Numbered from the stretch's first letter, positions 29,958 through 40,124 are shown. The stretch is 64,000 nucleotides of DNA from an uncultured Collinsella sp. (GCA_900751755.1 CAADSP010000075.1:13916-77915), one strand, 5' to 3'. Numbers and translations: made by a program. Notes: generated from the letters alone by a model not told the origin.

Positions 29958-30821
29958 ATGGCATTTAACGTTAATGCGCTCGGATTTGGCGACAACGTCG
30001 TCGATCGCTACGAGCATATCCACACCATGTATCCTGGCGGTAACGCGGTTAACTTCGCCGTTTATGCCAAGAAATGCGGTGCCGCACGCTCCGCATACAT
30101 GGGCATTTTTGGCAATGACGCCGCTGCCGAGCATGTCATTGCAAGCCTCGAGGATGAAGGTATCGAGCTTGACAAGTGCGAGCAGATGATTGGCGAGAAC
30201 GGAGCGGCTCGCGTGACCGTCGTTGACGGTGACCGTGTCTTCCTCGGCTCCAACGAGGGCGGTATCCGTGGCGATGCGCGCTATGTCCTCGATCGCTTTG
30301 ACCTTTCGTACATGAAGCAGTTCGATGTGGTTCATTCGGGTAACTATTGCTTTACCGAGCGTGAGCTGCCCAAGCTGAAGGCTGCGGGCGTCACGGTTTC
30401 TTTTGACTTTTCGGACGACTCCACCGACGAGTACTACGAGCAGATTGCGCCCTACGTTGATTTTGCTTTCTTTAGTGCGGCGGATGCTGCGAGTGAGGAC
30501 GAGATTCGCGAGCGTTTGGCATGGGTGAAGGGCCTGGGTCCGCGTTTTGTGTCGGCTACGGCGGGCGCCGAGGGCTGCATTGCTTACGACGGCGAGCGTT
30601 ATTACCGCCAGCTGGCTAAACCGGTAACGGACATGAAGGACACCATGGGGGCGGGCGACTCGTTCCTCACCTCGTTTTTGATGTGCTATCTCGATTCCGC
30701 CAAGCGTGGTGAGGATGGCGCCGAGGCCATCGAGCGCGCGCTCGACTTTGCTGCCGGGTTTGCCTCGACCGTGTGCGGCATGGAAGGTTCTTGGGGCCAC
30801 GGAGCACCAATTGTCGAATAG
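29958..30821 (+). CDS. PfkB-family carbohydrate kinase (FrlD-like fructosamine kinase candidate)
   Basis: Ribokinase-like fold with C-terminal DTMGAGDSF anion-hole motif. Confidence 0.75.
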   Translation: MAFNVNALGFGDNVVDRYEHIHTMYPGGNAVNFAVYAKKCGAARSAYMGIFGNDAAAEHVIASLEDEGIELDKCEQMIGENGAARVTVVDGDRVFLGSNEGGIRGDARYVLDRFDLSYMKQFDVVHSGNYCFTERELPKLKAAGVTVSFDFSDDSTDEYYEQIAPYVDFAFFSAADAASEDEIRERLAWVKGLGPRFVSATAGAEGCIAYDGERYYRQLAKPVTDMKDTMGAGDSFLTSFLMCYLDSAKRGEDGAEAIERALDFAAGFASTVCGMEGSWGHGAPIVE

Positions 30822-30891
30822 CTTAAGAAAGCGTACGGCGGTCTGGCTATGAGGCCTTGGACAGCCGACGCAAAACAATAAGCGAAACGCG

Positions 30892-30926
30892 AAAAGGGGG
30901 CTCGCCATGTGGTGGGCCCCCTTTTG
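30892..30926. terminator. Bidirectional intrinsic terminator
   Basis: Perfect AAAAGGGGGC-14 nt-GCCCCCTTTT. Confidence 0.85.
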
Positions 30927-30942
30927 AACATTGGAGAAGACC

Positions 30943-31743
30943 ATGGGTATTAAAGCGTGCGCAGCTGGTTTTTGCTGTGCGGACGTCTATCAAAACATCG
31001 GCGTATTCTATCCGACTGGTAATGGTATTGACTGGGGTATCCATCTTGCACGAATGGGCGTTTCGGTATCCGCTGTGTCGGTTGTCGGCAAGGACGAGTA
31101 CGGAGACAAGATGAGAGAGGCGCTGGCCGCTGAGGGGTTCGATATCTCACATCTGCGGGTGGAAGATGGCGACACCTCGGTGATGCTCATGGCATTGAAA
31201 GACGGCGTCGATCGCGTGCATCTCGAGGCAATCGATGGCGTAATGGAGACATATCGACCGAATGAAGACGACCGGGCGTTTATCCTAGAGCATGACATCA
31301 TTCATACCGACCTGTTTGGCAATTGTTTGGACCTCCTGCCCGAATGGCATGATGCGGGCAAGACGGTGGTTATGGACTTCTCGGTGTTCAGCCAGGATCC
31401 CGAATATGCATGCGAGGCTCATTTTCCTTACGTAGACTATGCGTTCATGTCGTTTGAAGAGGACACTCCGGAGCTGCGGGACTGGGTACGCCACGTGCAG
31501 GAATTGGGACCGCGCGTTGCGGTTGCCACGCTTGGCGAGAAGGGGAGCATTGCCTATGACGGTGATCGCTTCTATGAGTGCGGGATCGTACCGGCGGAGA
31601 AGGTCGTTAATACCGTGGGTGCCGGCGACTCGTATATTGCCGGGTTTACCAAGGGCGTGATCGATGGCCTTGATATTCCGGCGTGTATGAAGGCGGGCGC
31701 TGAGCTGTCGTCCCGAGTGATTGGTTCGTTTGAGCCGTACTAG
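30943..31743 (+). CDS. Second PfkB-family carbohydrate kinase (paralogue)
   Basis: GGAG RBS. NTVGAGDSY motif. Confidence 0.75.
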   Translation: MGIKACAAGFCCADVYQNIGVFYPTGNGIDWGIHLARMGVSVSAVSVVGKDEYGDKMREALAAEGFDISHLRVEDGDTSVMLMALKDGVDRVHLEAIDGVMETYRPNEDDRAFILEHDIIHTDLFGNCLDLLPEWHDAGKTVVMDFSVFSQDPEYACEAHFPYVDYAFMSFEEDTPELRDWVRHVQELGPRVAVATLGEKGSIAYDGDRFYECGIVPAEKVVNTVGAGDSYIAGFTKGVIDGLDIPACMKAGAELSSRVIGSFEPY

Positions 31744-31770
31744 GGTCAAATGCCTGGAAAGGAGTATGAA

Positions 31771-32631
31771 ATGGTTATCGACATGTTGGTCCATCCTATG
31801 CTCTACGGCGAGATCTGTACGCCGGGTGATGAGCCTGATGGATTCGGTTTTTGGTCACGAGAATTTGGTATGGGGCATATGGGCCCCATGGATTGGGATG
31901 AGCTTCAAGTCGAGATGGACGTCTGTGACGTGCAGAAGAGCGTGCTCATGCCGCTCGATGTAACCACGGCATGCGGAGGGCACTTTGGCACTAATGACCA
32001 GATTGCCATGCTGGTTGCCGCGCATCCCGATCGTCTGTGGGGATTTGCGAGCGTAGACCCGCAGGTGAGCGGTGCCGCAGACGAACTGGAGCGCGCCTTT
32101 ACCGAGTTGGGGGCAAAGGGGCTTTGCCTGCATCCTGCAAAGCAGGGTTTTGCCCCCGATGATGCTGTGGCCGAGCCGCTTTACGAGCTGTGCGAGCGCT
32201 ATAACAAGCCGGTGGTTTTCCATGCCGGTATGTCTTGGGAGCCTGGCGCAGAGCTCTCGCGCAGTAACCCGCTTGCATTTGAGCACACAATCGCAACGCA
32301 TCCAAATGTGCGCTTTAGTTTGACCCACTTTGGCTGGCCCTGGGTGCGCGAGACCGTGGCGATGCTGCTCAAGTATCCCAACTGCTACACGGACACCTCT
32401 ATCACTTACATCGATTCGCCCGAGGAGATGATGCAGCGTCTTTTCACGGTCGATATGGGGCCGCAGTGGTATGAGCGCGCGCTATCGCACCAAGTGATGT
32501 TCGCCAGCAATACGCCGCGCTTCCGTGCATTCAAACTCAAGCGGGCGCTCGATACCGTGCCCATGCGCGATGATGCGCGAGAAAGGCTCTACTGGGGTAA
32601 TGCCCTGCGTTTTCTTGAAGGGGATGAGTAA
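31771..32631 (+). CDS. Amidohydrolase-2 family (TIM-barrel metal-dependent hydrolase)
   Basis: GGAAAGGAG RBS. PF04909-like motifs (HFG, HAGM..., HFGWPW). Confidence 0.7.
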   Translation: MVIDMLVHPMLYGEICTPGDEPDGFGFWSREFGMGHMGPMDWDELQVEMDVCDVQKSVLMPLDVTTACGGHFGTNDQIAMLVAAHPDRLWGFASVDPQVSGAADELERAFTELGAKGLCLHPAKQGFAPDDAVAEPLYELCERYNKPVVFHAGMSWEPGAELSRSNPLAFEHTIATHPNVRFSLTHFGWPWVRETVAMLLKYPNCYTDTSITYIDSPEEMMQRLFTVDMGPQWYERALSHQVMFASNTPRFRAFKLKRALDTVPMRDDARERLYWGNALRFLEGDE

Positions 32632-32633
32632 AC

Positions 32634-33062
32634 ATGGTGACGCTCGAGACATTGAGCTATCTATCGACTGCTCCGGACCAGTTCATCGATATTACCGAAG
32701 ACGTGCACGCTGCCATCGAACGCAGCTCGGTGACCAATGGCTTGGCAGCGATTATTTTGTCGCATACGACCTGTGGAATCGTGGTAAACGAGGGGCTGCC
32801 CTGCGTGGAGACGGATCTTATGGAGACGCTTGATCGCATCGCCCCACTCGATGCCCCCTATGCGCATGCACACTTCCTGCCGAGCTATGGAGCCACCGGC
32901 AACAACTCCTGTGGGCATATCAAGAGCATGATTTGTGGAAACAGTTGCTTCTTTCCCGTCCAAGATGGCCACATCGTGTGCGGAAGTGCCCAGAACATCT
33001 ATCTTGCGGAGTTTGACGGTCCGCAGAAGCGAAAAGTGTACGTCGAGGTGCTGGGGGAGTAA
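32634..33062 (+). CDS. YjbQ/UPF0047 family protein (secondary thiamine-phosphate synthase-like)
   Basis: 142 aa. Conserved ILSHTTCGIVVNE and HIKSMICG motifs. Confidence 0.7.
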   Translation: MVTLETLSYLSTAPDQFIDITEDVHAAIERSSVTNGLAAIILSHTTCGIVVNEGLPCVETDLMETLDRIAPLDAPYAHAHFLPSYGATGNNSCGHIKSMICGNSCFFPVQDGHIVCGSAQNIYLAEFDGPQKRKVYVEVLGE

Positions 33063-33095
33063 CGTCCCTGCAATAACTCTATGAAGGAGCACGTT

Positions 33096-33905
33096 ATGTC
33101 GTTTCTAACCTCGATGTTCAAGACCGAAAAGCCGGTTATCGGAATGCTGCACCTGCGTCCTCTGCCGGGCGATCCACTGTATTACCCGGGCGGAAGCGTG
33201 TCGCAGGTCGTGGAAGCCGCCAAGCGCGATCTCGAGGCGTTGCAGCAGGGCGGTGTCGATGGCATTTTGATTACCAATGAGCTCTCGATGCCCTATGAGC
33301 AGCACGTTTCTCCCTCAACCCTTGCATCGATGGGCTATGTAATCGGGGCTCTATCCCATGATCTGTCGACCCCTTGGGGAGCTGAGGCTATTTACGATGG
33401 TGATGCCACAATCGAGCTGTGCGCTGCCGTCGACGCGCAGTTCACACGCTGCAATTTTTGCGGTGCCTGGGCCGGTGATCTTGGGCTGATTAACCGAGAT
33501 TTCGCGCACACCATGCGTCGCAAGGCGGCGCTGCGCTTGGACGACCTCAAGCTTTTTCACTTCATCACGAGCGAGGGGGAGGTTTATCTCAACGACCGCA
33601 CGACTGCGGACATTGCCGATTCACTTCTCTTTAATTGCCTTCCGGATGCAATGGTCATCGGCGGTTCGGCTGCCGGTCGTGGCGCTTCGGGCGAGCTTGC
33701 CGATGAAGTCCGCGAGCGTGTTGGCGAAGTACCCGTGGTATGTGGCACCGGTTGTCGCGAAAATACCGTGGCTGACGTATTTGCTCACTACGATGGTGCG
33801 TTTGTCGGCACCTGCTTAAAGCGCGACGGAAAGCTGGATGCCCCGGTTGATGTTGAGCGGGTAGCTCGTTTTATGGCTGCCGCTCGTACGGCGCGAGGGG
33901 AGTAG
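33096..33905 (+). CDS. BtpA/SgcQ family TIM-barrel protein
   Basis: GAAGGAG RBS. PVIGMLHLRPLPG N-terminus typical of the BtpA/SgcQ family. Confidence 0.65.
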   Translation: MSFLTSMFKTEKPVIGMLHLRPLPGDPLYYPGGSVSQVVEAAKRDLEALQQGGVDGILITNELSMPYEQHVSPSTLASMGYVIGALSHDLSTPWGAEAIYDGDATIELCAAVDAQFTRCNFCGAWAGDLGLINRDFAHTMRRKAALRLDDLKLFHFITSEGEVYLNDRTTADIADSLLFNCLPDAMVIGGSAAGRGASGELADEVRERVGEVPVVCGTGCRENTVADVFAHYDGAFVGTCLKRDGKLDAPVDVERVARFMAAARTARGE

Positions 33906-33911
33906 GCACCT

Positions 33912-35429
33912 ATGGCGCTCTATCTGGGTATTGATATCGGGACAAGCGCCTCTAAAGGCGTTTTAATCGATGATCGATGCAACATCGTTTGCCAAGCCTC
34001 TTGTGGACATGAGACGGACAACCCGTGTGACGGATGGTACCAGCATGATGCGGAGGCAGTTTGGTGGGGCGATTTTTGCCGCTTGTCGCGCGAGCTGGTG
34101 GCGCGATCGGGGGTTAACGCGGCACAGATCGGATGCGTGGGCCTTTCCGCATTGGGTTGCGACTGTGTGCCGGTCGATACCGAGTGCAACGCGCTGGCGC
34201 CCGCGATTTTGTATGGAGTCGATGCACGTTCGAAGCCGCAGATTGACGAGCTTCTTTCCGAATATGGGTCAGATTGCGCACGCGAGCTTTTCGGGCACGA
34301 TCCCTGTTCGTCAGATATTGCTCCCAAGATCTTGTGGTTTAAGGAGAATATGCCCGAGGTGCACGAACGTGCCGCGAAGTTCCTGACGGCGTCGTCGTTT
34401 CTATGCGCAAAGTTGACGGGGCGTTTTACGGTGGACCGTTATTTGGCGGAGGATTTTCTTCCCCTATACGACCGCTACACCTGGAAGGTTGATGCTCGGG
34501 AATGTGCTCGTTTCTGCCGGCCTGACCAGATGGCGGAGGTAATGTCGGCTACCGATATTGCCGGGGTGATTACGCGGCGTGCGGCTGAGGCGACGGGGCT
34601 CGCGGCAGGGACACCTGTCTTAGTGGGAACGGGCGATTCTGGTGCCGAGGCCATTTCGACGGGTGTATTCCGTCCCGGCGATATGATGGTTCAGTTGGGG
34701 AGTACGGCGTATTTCATCTACCTAGCTGATCATATGATCGATGATGCCCGCCTGTGGCCGGGGACGTTTATTATTCCCGGAACTTACGGGATCTGCGCGG
34801 GAACCAATACGGCGGGCGCACTCACATCGTGGCTGCGCCAAGAGCTGTATCGCGACGCCGTAGAGGCCGAGGGCCACGGTGGTCCCGATGCCTATTCGGT
34901 TATGGCGCATGATGCCGCCGATGTGGCGCCGGGTGCCGATGGGCTCCTGTGTCTGCCGTACTTTGCGGGGGAGCGTACTCCGCTCAACGATCCCGAGGCG
35001 CGTGGCGTCTTCTTTGGCCTGACCGGAAGGCATACGCGAGCCCATATGGTTCGCGCCGCCTTGGAAGGCGTCGCGTATACCGTTGCATCCCATGTCGACA
35101 TTATCGAGCGAGAGCATGGACTGCCAATTGGGCGCATTATGCTTGTCGGAGGTGGAACCAAGAATCCAGTTTGGATGCAGGCTATCGCCGACGTATGCGG
35201 GCGCGAGGTCTCGGTTGCCAAGGTTACGGTGGGTGCATGCTTCGGTGATGCCATCATGGCAGCTCTCGCAGGTGGCGCCTATGCATCATGGGATGAACTC
35301 GCCCGAGTCCTTGGCGTTGCGCAAACAATCGTGCCCGATATGACTGCCCACGAGTTATATGCGTCGCGCCGTCATATCTTCGACGAATTGTATGCACGCA
35401 ACCGTGATCTCATGCACGAATTGGTGTAA
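33912..35429 (+). CDS. FGGY-family carbohydrate kinase (xylulokinase-like)
   Basis: LGIDIGTSASKGVL N-terminal motif, 505 aa. FGGY N- and C-domains. Confidence 0.85.
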   Translation: MALYLGIDIGTSASKGVLIDDRCNIVCQASCGHETDNPCDGWYQHDAEAVWWGDFCRLSRELVARSGVNAAQIGCVGLSALGCDCVPVDTECNALAPAILYGVDARSKPQIDELLSEYGSDCARELFGHDPCSSDIAPKILWFKENMPEVHERAAKFLTASSFLCAKLTGRFTVDRYLAEDFLPLYDRYTWKVDARECARFCRPDQMAEVMSATDIAGVITRRAAEATGLAAGTPVLVGTGDSGAEAISTGVFRPGDMMVQLGSTAYFIYLADHMIDDARLWPGTFIIPGTYGICAGTNTAGALTSWLRQELYRDAVEAEGHGGPDAYSVMAHDAADVAPGADGLLCLPYFAGERTPLNDPEARGVFFGLTGRHTRAHMVRAALEGVAYTVASHVDIIEREHGLPIGRIMLVGGGTKNPVWMQAIADVCGREVSVAKVTVGACFGDAIMAALAGGAYASWDELARVLGVAQTIVPDMTAHELYASRRHIFDELYARNRDLMHELV

Positions 35430-35508
35430 TGCTGCCGAATTGTACTGCCTACCAATAGGGACTGCGTTGTGCGATTCACATGTCCCTTGGCATTTTAGCC
35501 CACAGGGG

Positions 35509-36291
35509 TTAGCGAAGGTCAAAAACAGCGTGCGCATTTGCTAAAACTGCCGACTCGATGCGCTTTGCGTCACAGTTTTTGAGTGAGGCAATGCGCATCG
35601 AGGTCCTTGTGAGCGATCTGATGAGCGACTGTGCGCTTGTTTCTGTGTTTGGTTCGGCTGGTGAATCGGTCTCGAGCAGTAAACGATCGAGTGGAATCTG
35701 TCGTGCGTATTCGTGTCCTCGTTTAGATGCGAGCATGCGTTCGTTGACGGAAAAATAACAGCCCGCATTACGCGCGCGGACGAGTTCGTCCGAAGTACCG
35801 CTAAACCAGTGGAAGATGATAACGGGGGAGTCGGGGTTTGGGATGAGTAGTCCATGCGATTCGAGGACGTCCAGTACGGCTCCTGCCGAACGAACGGCGT
35901 GAATTGATATCACGCGCCCGATAAGAGGATGCTGCACGAGCGCATCGCAGAGCCGGTTAAGTGCCTGTATTTGTAGCGGCTCACTTCCAGCAAAGCGCGC
36001 GGAAAAGTCGAGTCCGACTTCGCCGATGTAGCGCTCTTGGGCAGCAACTTCGCAAAGCAGATTGACTTCGGTAGGACCGCAGTGACCGTCGGCGAGCCAC
36101 CAGGGGTGAAGCCCAACGCCGGCGATGATACTTGGTTGGCGACAGGCGCGCTCGTTTGCGGCCGAAAAGTCGCGCGGATTGACGCCGCAGTCAAATAGAC
36201 CCAAGCCCAGCGCCGTCGCCTCATCGGCAACGGCGTCCGGGTGAGCCATTAAATTAAGGTGGCAGTGTGCGTCAAATAACCGGGGCTCCAT
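35509..36291 (-). CDS. TatD-family metal-dependent hydrolase (DNase)
   Basis: FDAHCHL N-terminal motif, 260 aa. Confidence 0.8.
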   Translation of the reverse strand: MEPRLFDAHCHLNLMAHPDAVADEATALGLGLFDCGVNPRDFSAANERACRQPSIIAGVGLHPWWLADGHCGPTEVNLLCEVAAQERYIGEVGLDFSARFAGSEPLQIQALNRLCDALVQHPLIGRVISIHAVRSAGAVLDVLESHGLLIPNPDSPVIIFHWFSGTSDELVRARNAGCYFSVNERMLASKRGHEYARQIPLDRLLLETDSPAEPNTETSAQSLIRSLTRTSMRIASLKNCDAKRIESAVLANAHAVFDLR

Positions 36292-36305
36292 CTCGGTGCG
36301 CTCCG

Positions 36306-37103
36306 CTAGTCCAGACGTTGGCCATCGGAGCGTACGCGCTCAGTGCCGCGGCCGCTGATCTGGCGGATAACCTCGCCGGCAATCATCTGGCCCATGATGG
36401 GCGGCATAAAGCTGGCGGTTCCCAGCTCGGTGCGCTCGTGGATGTTGGAAGGGTCGCGGGGCTGTGTCTTAACCGATTCCTCGCAGCTAAACAGTACATG
36501 CAGGCTCTTGATTCCGCGCTTCTTGCATTCTTTACGCATGATGCGGCTCATGGGGTCACGTACCGTATCGAAAATGTCGGCAAAGCGGAGGCACTCGGGA
36601 TGGAGCTTGTTAGCCCCGCCCATGGAGCTAACCAAACGAATGCCGTGGTCCTGAGCATATTTGGCAATGGTGAGCTTGGCCGAGATGGTGTCGATGGCGT
36701 CGACGACGTAGTCGAGCTTGCCGTCCGTCTGCTCCAAAACGCTCGCGAAGAAATCATCGATGTTGTCGCTCAGCAGGTATTCGGTGCGCTTGATGACGGT
36801 AGCGGCGGGATTGATGTCGTGAATCATAGCCTCCATGACGTCGACTTTGCGCTTGCCGACGGTGCTGTGAAAGGCGATGGCCTGGCGATTGATATTGCTG
36901 GGCGCGATGATGTCCTTATCCAGAATGACGAAATGACCGATGCCGCCGCGGGCGAGTGCCTCGCAGCAGTTGGAGCCCACGCCTCCGCAGCCGAGCACTA
37001 GTACCGTAGCATCGGCGAGCTTATCGAGTGCCTCGCGGCCCATGATAATCTCGAGCTTGGTATCGCGTGTCTCGATGGGAGTTGCGGCTGTGGTTTCGGT
37101 CAT
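36306..37103 (-). CDS. tcdA: tRNA threonylcarbamoyladenosine dehydratase (ThiF/MoeB E1-like)
   Basis: LVLGCGGVGSNCCEALARGGIG Rossmann motif. TcdA/CsdL size and layout. Confidence 0.75.
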   Translation of the reverse strand: MTETTAATPIETRDTKLEIIMGREALDKLADATVLVLGCGGVGSNCCEALARGGIGHFVILDKDIIAPSNINRQAIAFHSTVGKRKVDVMEAMIHDINPAATVIKRTEYLLSDNIDDFFASVLEQTDGKLDYVVDAIDTISAKLTIAKYAQDHGIRLVSSMGGANKLHPECLRFADIFDTVRDPMSRIMRKECKKRGIKSLHVLFSCEESVKTQPRDPSNIHERTELGTASFMPPIMGQMIAGEVIRQISGRGTERVRSDGQRLD

Positions 37104-37282
37104 AGATATCCTCCGATGGGGAAGCGAATCGTGTTTTAGCTATCGTCATTATAGGTAATCGCCCATAGGTTGCGATGGCGTTTGCTTTGATGTGGTTTGA
37201 AGCATTGCGATTAGATAATTAAACAAACATCTAAATATCGAGTATAGTGTGCACGTCATGAGAGATGATGAGAGGAGGCCTT

Positions 37283-37561
37283 ATGCCGGGAGAGGGTTTT
37301 AAGGCGCTTGCCGATCCAACGCGACGGCGCATTTTGGAGTTGCTGCGCGAGGGCAATTGCACGGCGGGGGAGCTTGCCGAGCATTTCGATATCAGTAAGC
37401 CGTCGCTGAGCCATCACTTGGCGACGCTCAAAAACGCCGGGTTGGTGACCGACGAGCGCCATGGCCAAAACATCGTATACAGCTTAAACACCACCGTCAT
37501 GCAGGACTTGATCGGTTGGTTTATGGGCTTTACAAACACGGAAGGTGATAAGGATGAATAA
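37283..37561 (+). CDS. ArsR/SmtB-family transcriptional regulator (SdpR-like)
   Basis: GAGGAGG RBS. HTH ALADPTRRRILELL...ELAEHFDISKPSLSHHL. Confidence 0.85.
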   Translation: MPGEGFKALADPTRRRILELLREGNCTAGELAEHFDISKPSLSHHLATLKNAGLVTDERHGQNIVYSLNTTVMQDLIGWFMGFTNTEGDKDE

Positions 37562-38258
37562 CGAAAACAAGGGCGTTCACGCCACGGGGGTATCGTCGCG
37601 CGTGTGGGCCATGCTTGTTGTGGTCTGCGCTATTAATGTTGTAGCGCACCTCATGGTGATGCCGAGCCTGCCTGCACAGATTCCCACGCACTGGGGCGCG
37701 AACGGCGCCGTCGACGGTTGGGGTCCTAGTTGGATGGCCTCCGCGCTCGGCGTGCTGCCTCTGGCGCTTCTCGCAATGTTCTGCATGGTGCCGCGCATCG
37801 ACCCCAAAGGTGAGGCATATCGAACCTCGGGCAAGTTCTACCAGGGCTTCGTAATCGCCTTCACCTTGTTCATGTGCGCCATAAGCTGGCTGGGAGAGCT
37901 TACGGTCTGGGGCGTGGTGCCGGCGGTCGGTTCGGTTAACGTGTTGATTTCCGGTGTTGTCGGTTTGCTGTTCATCGGCGTAGGCAACTACTTGCCGCGT
38001 GTGAAGCAGAACTATACGCTCGGTATCAAGACACCTTGGGCGCTTGCCGATCCCGAGAACTGGCGCCGTACGCAGCGTTTTGGCGGCGCCTGCTTTATGG
38101 TGCTGGGTATTGGCCTGATTGTGATGGGCGTGGCAGGCAGCGTGCTTTCGAGTGAAGTCGTCGCCGCGGTGATTGCGGTTCTGGCGTTTGGTTCGGTTGG
38201 AGCCGTCTACGTCTACTCGTATCTGTTGTGGCGCAAATCGCAGCGAGCCGTTCGTTAA
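37554..38258 (+). CDS. SdpI/YhfL-family membrane protein (DUF1648 plus SdpI domain)
   Basis: Start overlaps the ArsR stop (ATGAATAA). About 6 TM helices. Matches the sdpR-sdpI-like pair architecture. Confidence 0.7.
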   Translation: MNNENKGVHATGVSSRVWAMLVVVCAINVVAHLMVMPSLPAQIPTHWGANGAVDGWGPSWMASALGVLPLALLAMFCMVPRIDPKGEAYRTSGKFYQGFVIAFTLFMCAISWLGELTVWGVVPAVGSVNVLISGVVGLLFIGVGNYLPRVKQNYTLGIKTPWALADPENWRRTQRFGGACFMVLGIGLIVMGVAGSVLSSEVVAAVIAVLAFGSVGAVYVYSYLLWRKSQRAVR

Positions 38259-38441
38259 GGTTGCGGAAAACTAGCGTACGCAGTTCATAGTATGTTCTGG
38301 GGGACTTTTCCCAGGTAGTATTAGGGGGTGTGGGCAACCATGCCCCTTTTCGTTACGTTTCAGAGCTGATTTCCTCATTTCGTTTCCACTAAAGCGAAAC
38401 AGGAATAGGAAAACGGCAGGTAGAAAGGATAAAACAGGCAA

Positions 38442-40121
38442 ATGGCGGAGTTTATCTACCAGATGTATCAGGCTCGCAAGGCCCATGGCGACAAGGTGAT
38501 CCTTGACGATGTGACCCTGAGCTTCTATCCCGGCGCCAAGATCGGCGTCGTGGGCCCCAACGGCATGGGCAAGTCGACCCTGCTCAAGATCATGGCCGGC
38601 ATCGAAGAGGTCTCCAACGGCGATGCCAGACTTACCCCCGGCTACACCGTGGGCATCCTGCAGCAGGAGCCGCCGCTCGACGATGACAAGACCGTCATCG
38701 AGAACGTGCGCATGGCGTTTGGCGACATGATCGCCAAGGTCGATCGCTTCAATAAGATCGGCGAGGAGATGTGCGACCCGGACTGCGACATGGATGCCCT
38801 CATGGCCGAGATGGGCAAGCTCCAGGACGAGATCGACGCCGCCGACGGCTGGGACATCGATTCCAAGCTCGGCCAGGCCATGGACGCCCTGCAGCTGCCC
38901 GATTCCGACATGCCGGTCAACGTGCTTTCCGGCGGCGAGCGCCGCCGCGTGGCCCTGTGCAAGCTGCTGCTCGAGGCTCCCGACCTGCTGCTGCTCGACG
39001 AGCCCACGAACCACCTGGACGCCGAGTCGATCCTGTGGCTCGAGCACTTCCTGCACAACTACCAGGGCGCGGTGCTTGCCGTTACGCACGACCGCTACTT
39101 CTTGGATAACGTTGCCGAGTGGATCTGCGAGGTTGACCGCGGTCACCTTTATCCCTACAAGGGCAACTACTCCACGTATCTGGAGACCAAGGCCGCCCGT
39201 ATCGAGGCACAGGGCAACCGCGATGCCAAGCTCGCCAAGCGCATGGAGGCCGAGCTCGAGTGGGTACGCAGCTCGCCCAAAGCTCGCCAGGCAAAGAACA
39301 AGGCCCGTCTGGCTCGCTACGAGGAGATGGAGGCCGAGGCCCGCGCAAGCCAGAAGCTCGACTGGACCGACATCCGCATCCCTGTGGGCCCGCGTTTGGG
39401 CAACAAGGTGCTCGAGGCCCATCATCTGCACAAGGAGTTCGATGGCCGCGTGCTCATCGATGACCTTTCGTTCACCCTGCCGCGCAACGGCATCGTGGGC
39501 GTGATCGGTCCCAACGGCGTGGGCAAGACCACACTGTTCAAGACGATTGTGGGTCTGGAGCCGCTGACTTCGGGCGAGCTCGAGGTGGGCGAGACCGTCA
39601 AGATCTCCTATGTCGATCAGAACCGTTCCGGCATCGACCCCGATAAGAACCTGTGGGAGGTCGTCTCGGATGGCCTGGACCACATGATGGTCGGTGAGAC
39701 CGAGGTTCCGAGCCGTGCTTATGTGGCGAGCTTTGGCTTTAAAGGCCAGGACCAGCAGAAGCGCGCCGGCGTACTCTCCGGTGGCGAGCGCAACCGTCTG
39801 AACTTGGCGCTTACGCTCAAGCAGGGCGGCAACCTGCTGCTCCTCGACGAGCCCACGAATGACCTCGACGTCGAGACGCTGTCCTCGCTCGAAGCGGCGC
39901 TGCTCGAGTTCCCGGGCTGCTCGGTGGTCATTAGCCACGACCGTATGTTCCTGGACCGCGTCGCCACGCACATTCTGGCGTGGGAGGGCACCGACGAGAA
40001 TCCGGGCAACTGGTATTGGTTTGAGGGCAACTTCGAGGCCTATCAGGCCAACCGCATCGAGCGCCTTGGCGAGGACGCAGCCCAGCCGCATCGTATTCAC
40101 CGTAAGCTGACGCGCGACTAG
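38442..40121 (+). CDS. ettA: Energy-dependent translational throttle protein EttA (ABC-F ATPase)
   Basis: Two ABC cassettes plus arm. The N-terminus MAEFIYQMYQARKAHGDKVIL is nearly invariant in EttA. Confidence 0.9.
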   Translation: MAEFIYQMYQARKAHGDKVILDDVTLSFYPGAKIGVVGPNGMGKSTLLKIMAGIEEVSNGDARLTPGYTVGILQQEPPLDDDKTVIENVRMAFGDMIAKVDRFNKIGEEMCDPDCDMDALMAEMGKLQDEIDAADGWDIDSKLGQAMDALQLPDSDMPVNVLSGGERRRVALCKLLLEAPDLLLLDEPTNHLDAESILWLEHFLHNYQGAVLAVTHDRYFLDNVAEWICEVDRGHLYPYKGNYSTYLETKAARIEAQGNRDAKLAKRMEAELEWVRSSPKARQAKNKARLARYEEMEAEARASQKLDWTDIRIPVGPRLGNKVLEAHHLHKEFDGRVLIDDLSFTLPRNGIVGVIGPNGVGKTTLFKTIVGLEPLTSGELEVGETVKISYVDQNRSGIDPDKNLWEVVSDGLDHMMVGETEVPSRAYVASFGFKGQDQQKRAGVLSGGERNRLNLALTLKQGGNLLLLDEPTNDLDVETLSSLEAALLEFPGCSVVISHDRMFLDRVATHILAWEGTDENPGNWYWFEGNFEAYQANRIERLGEDAAQPHRIHRKLTRD

Positions 40122-40124
40122 ATC

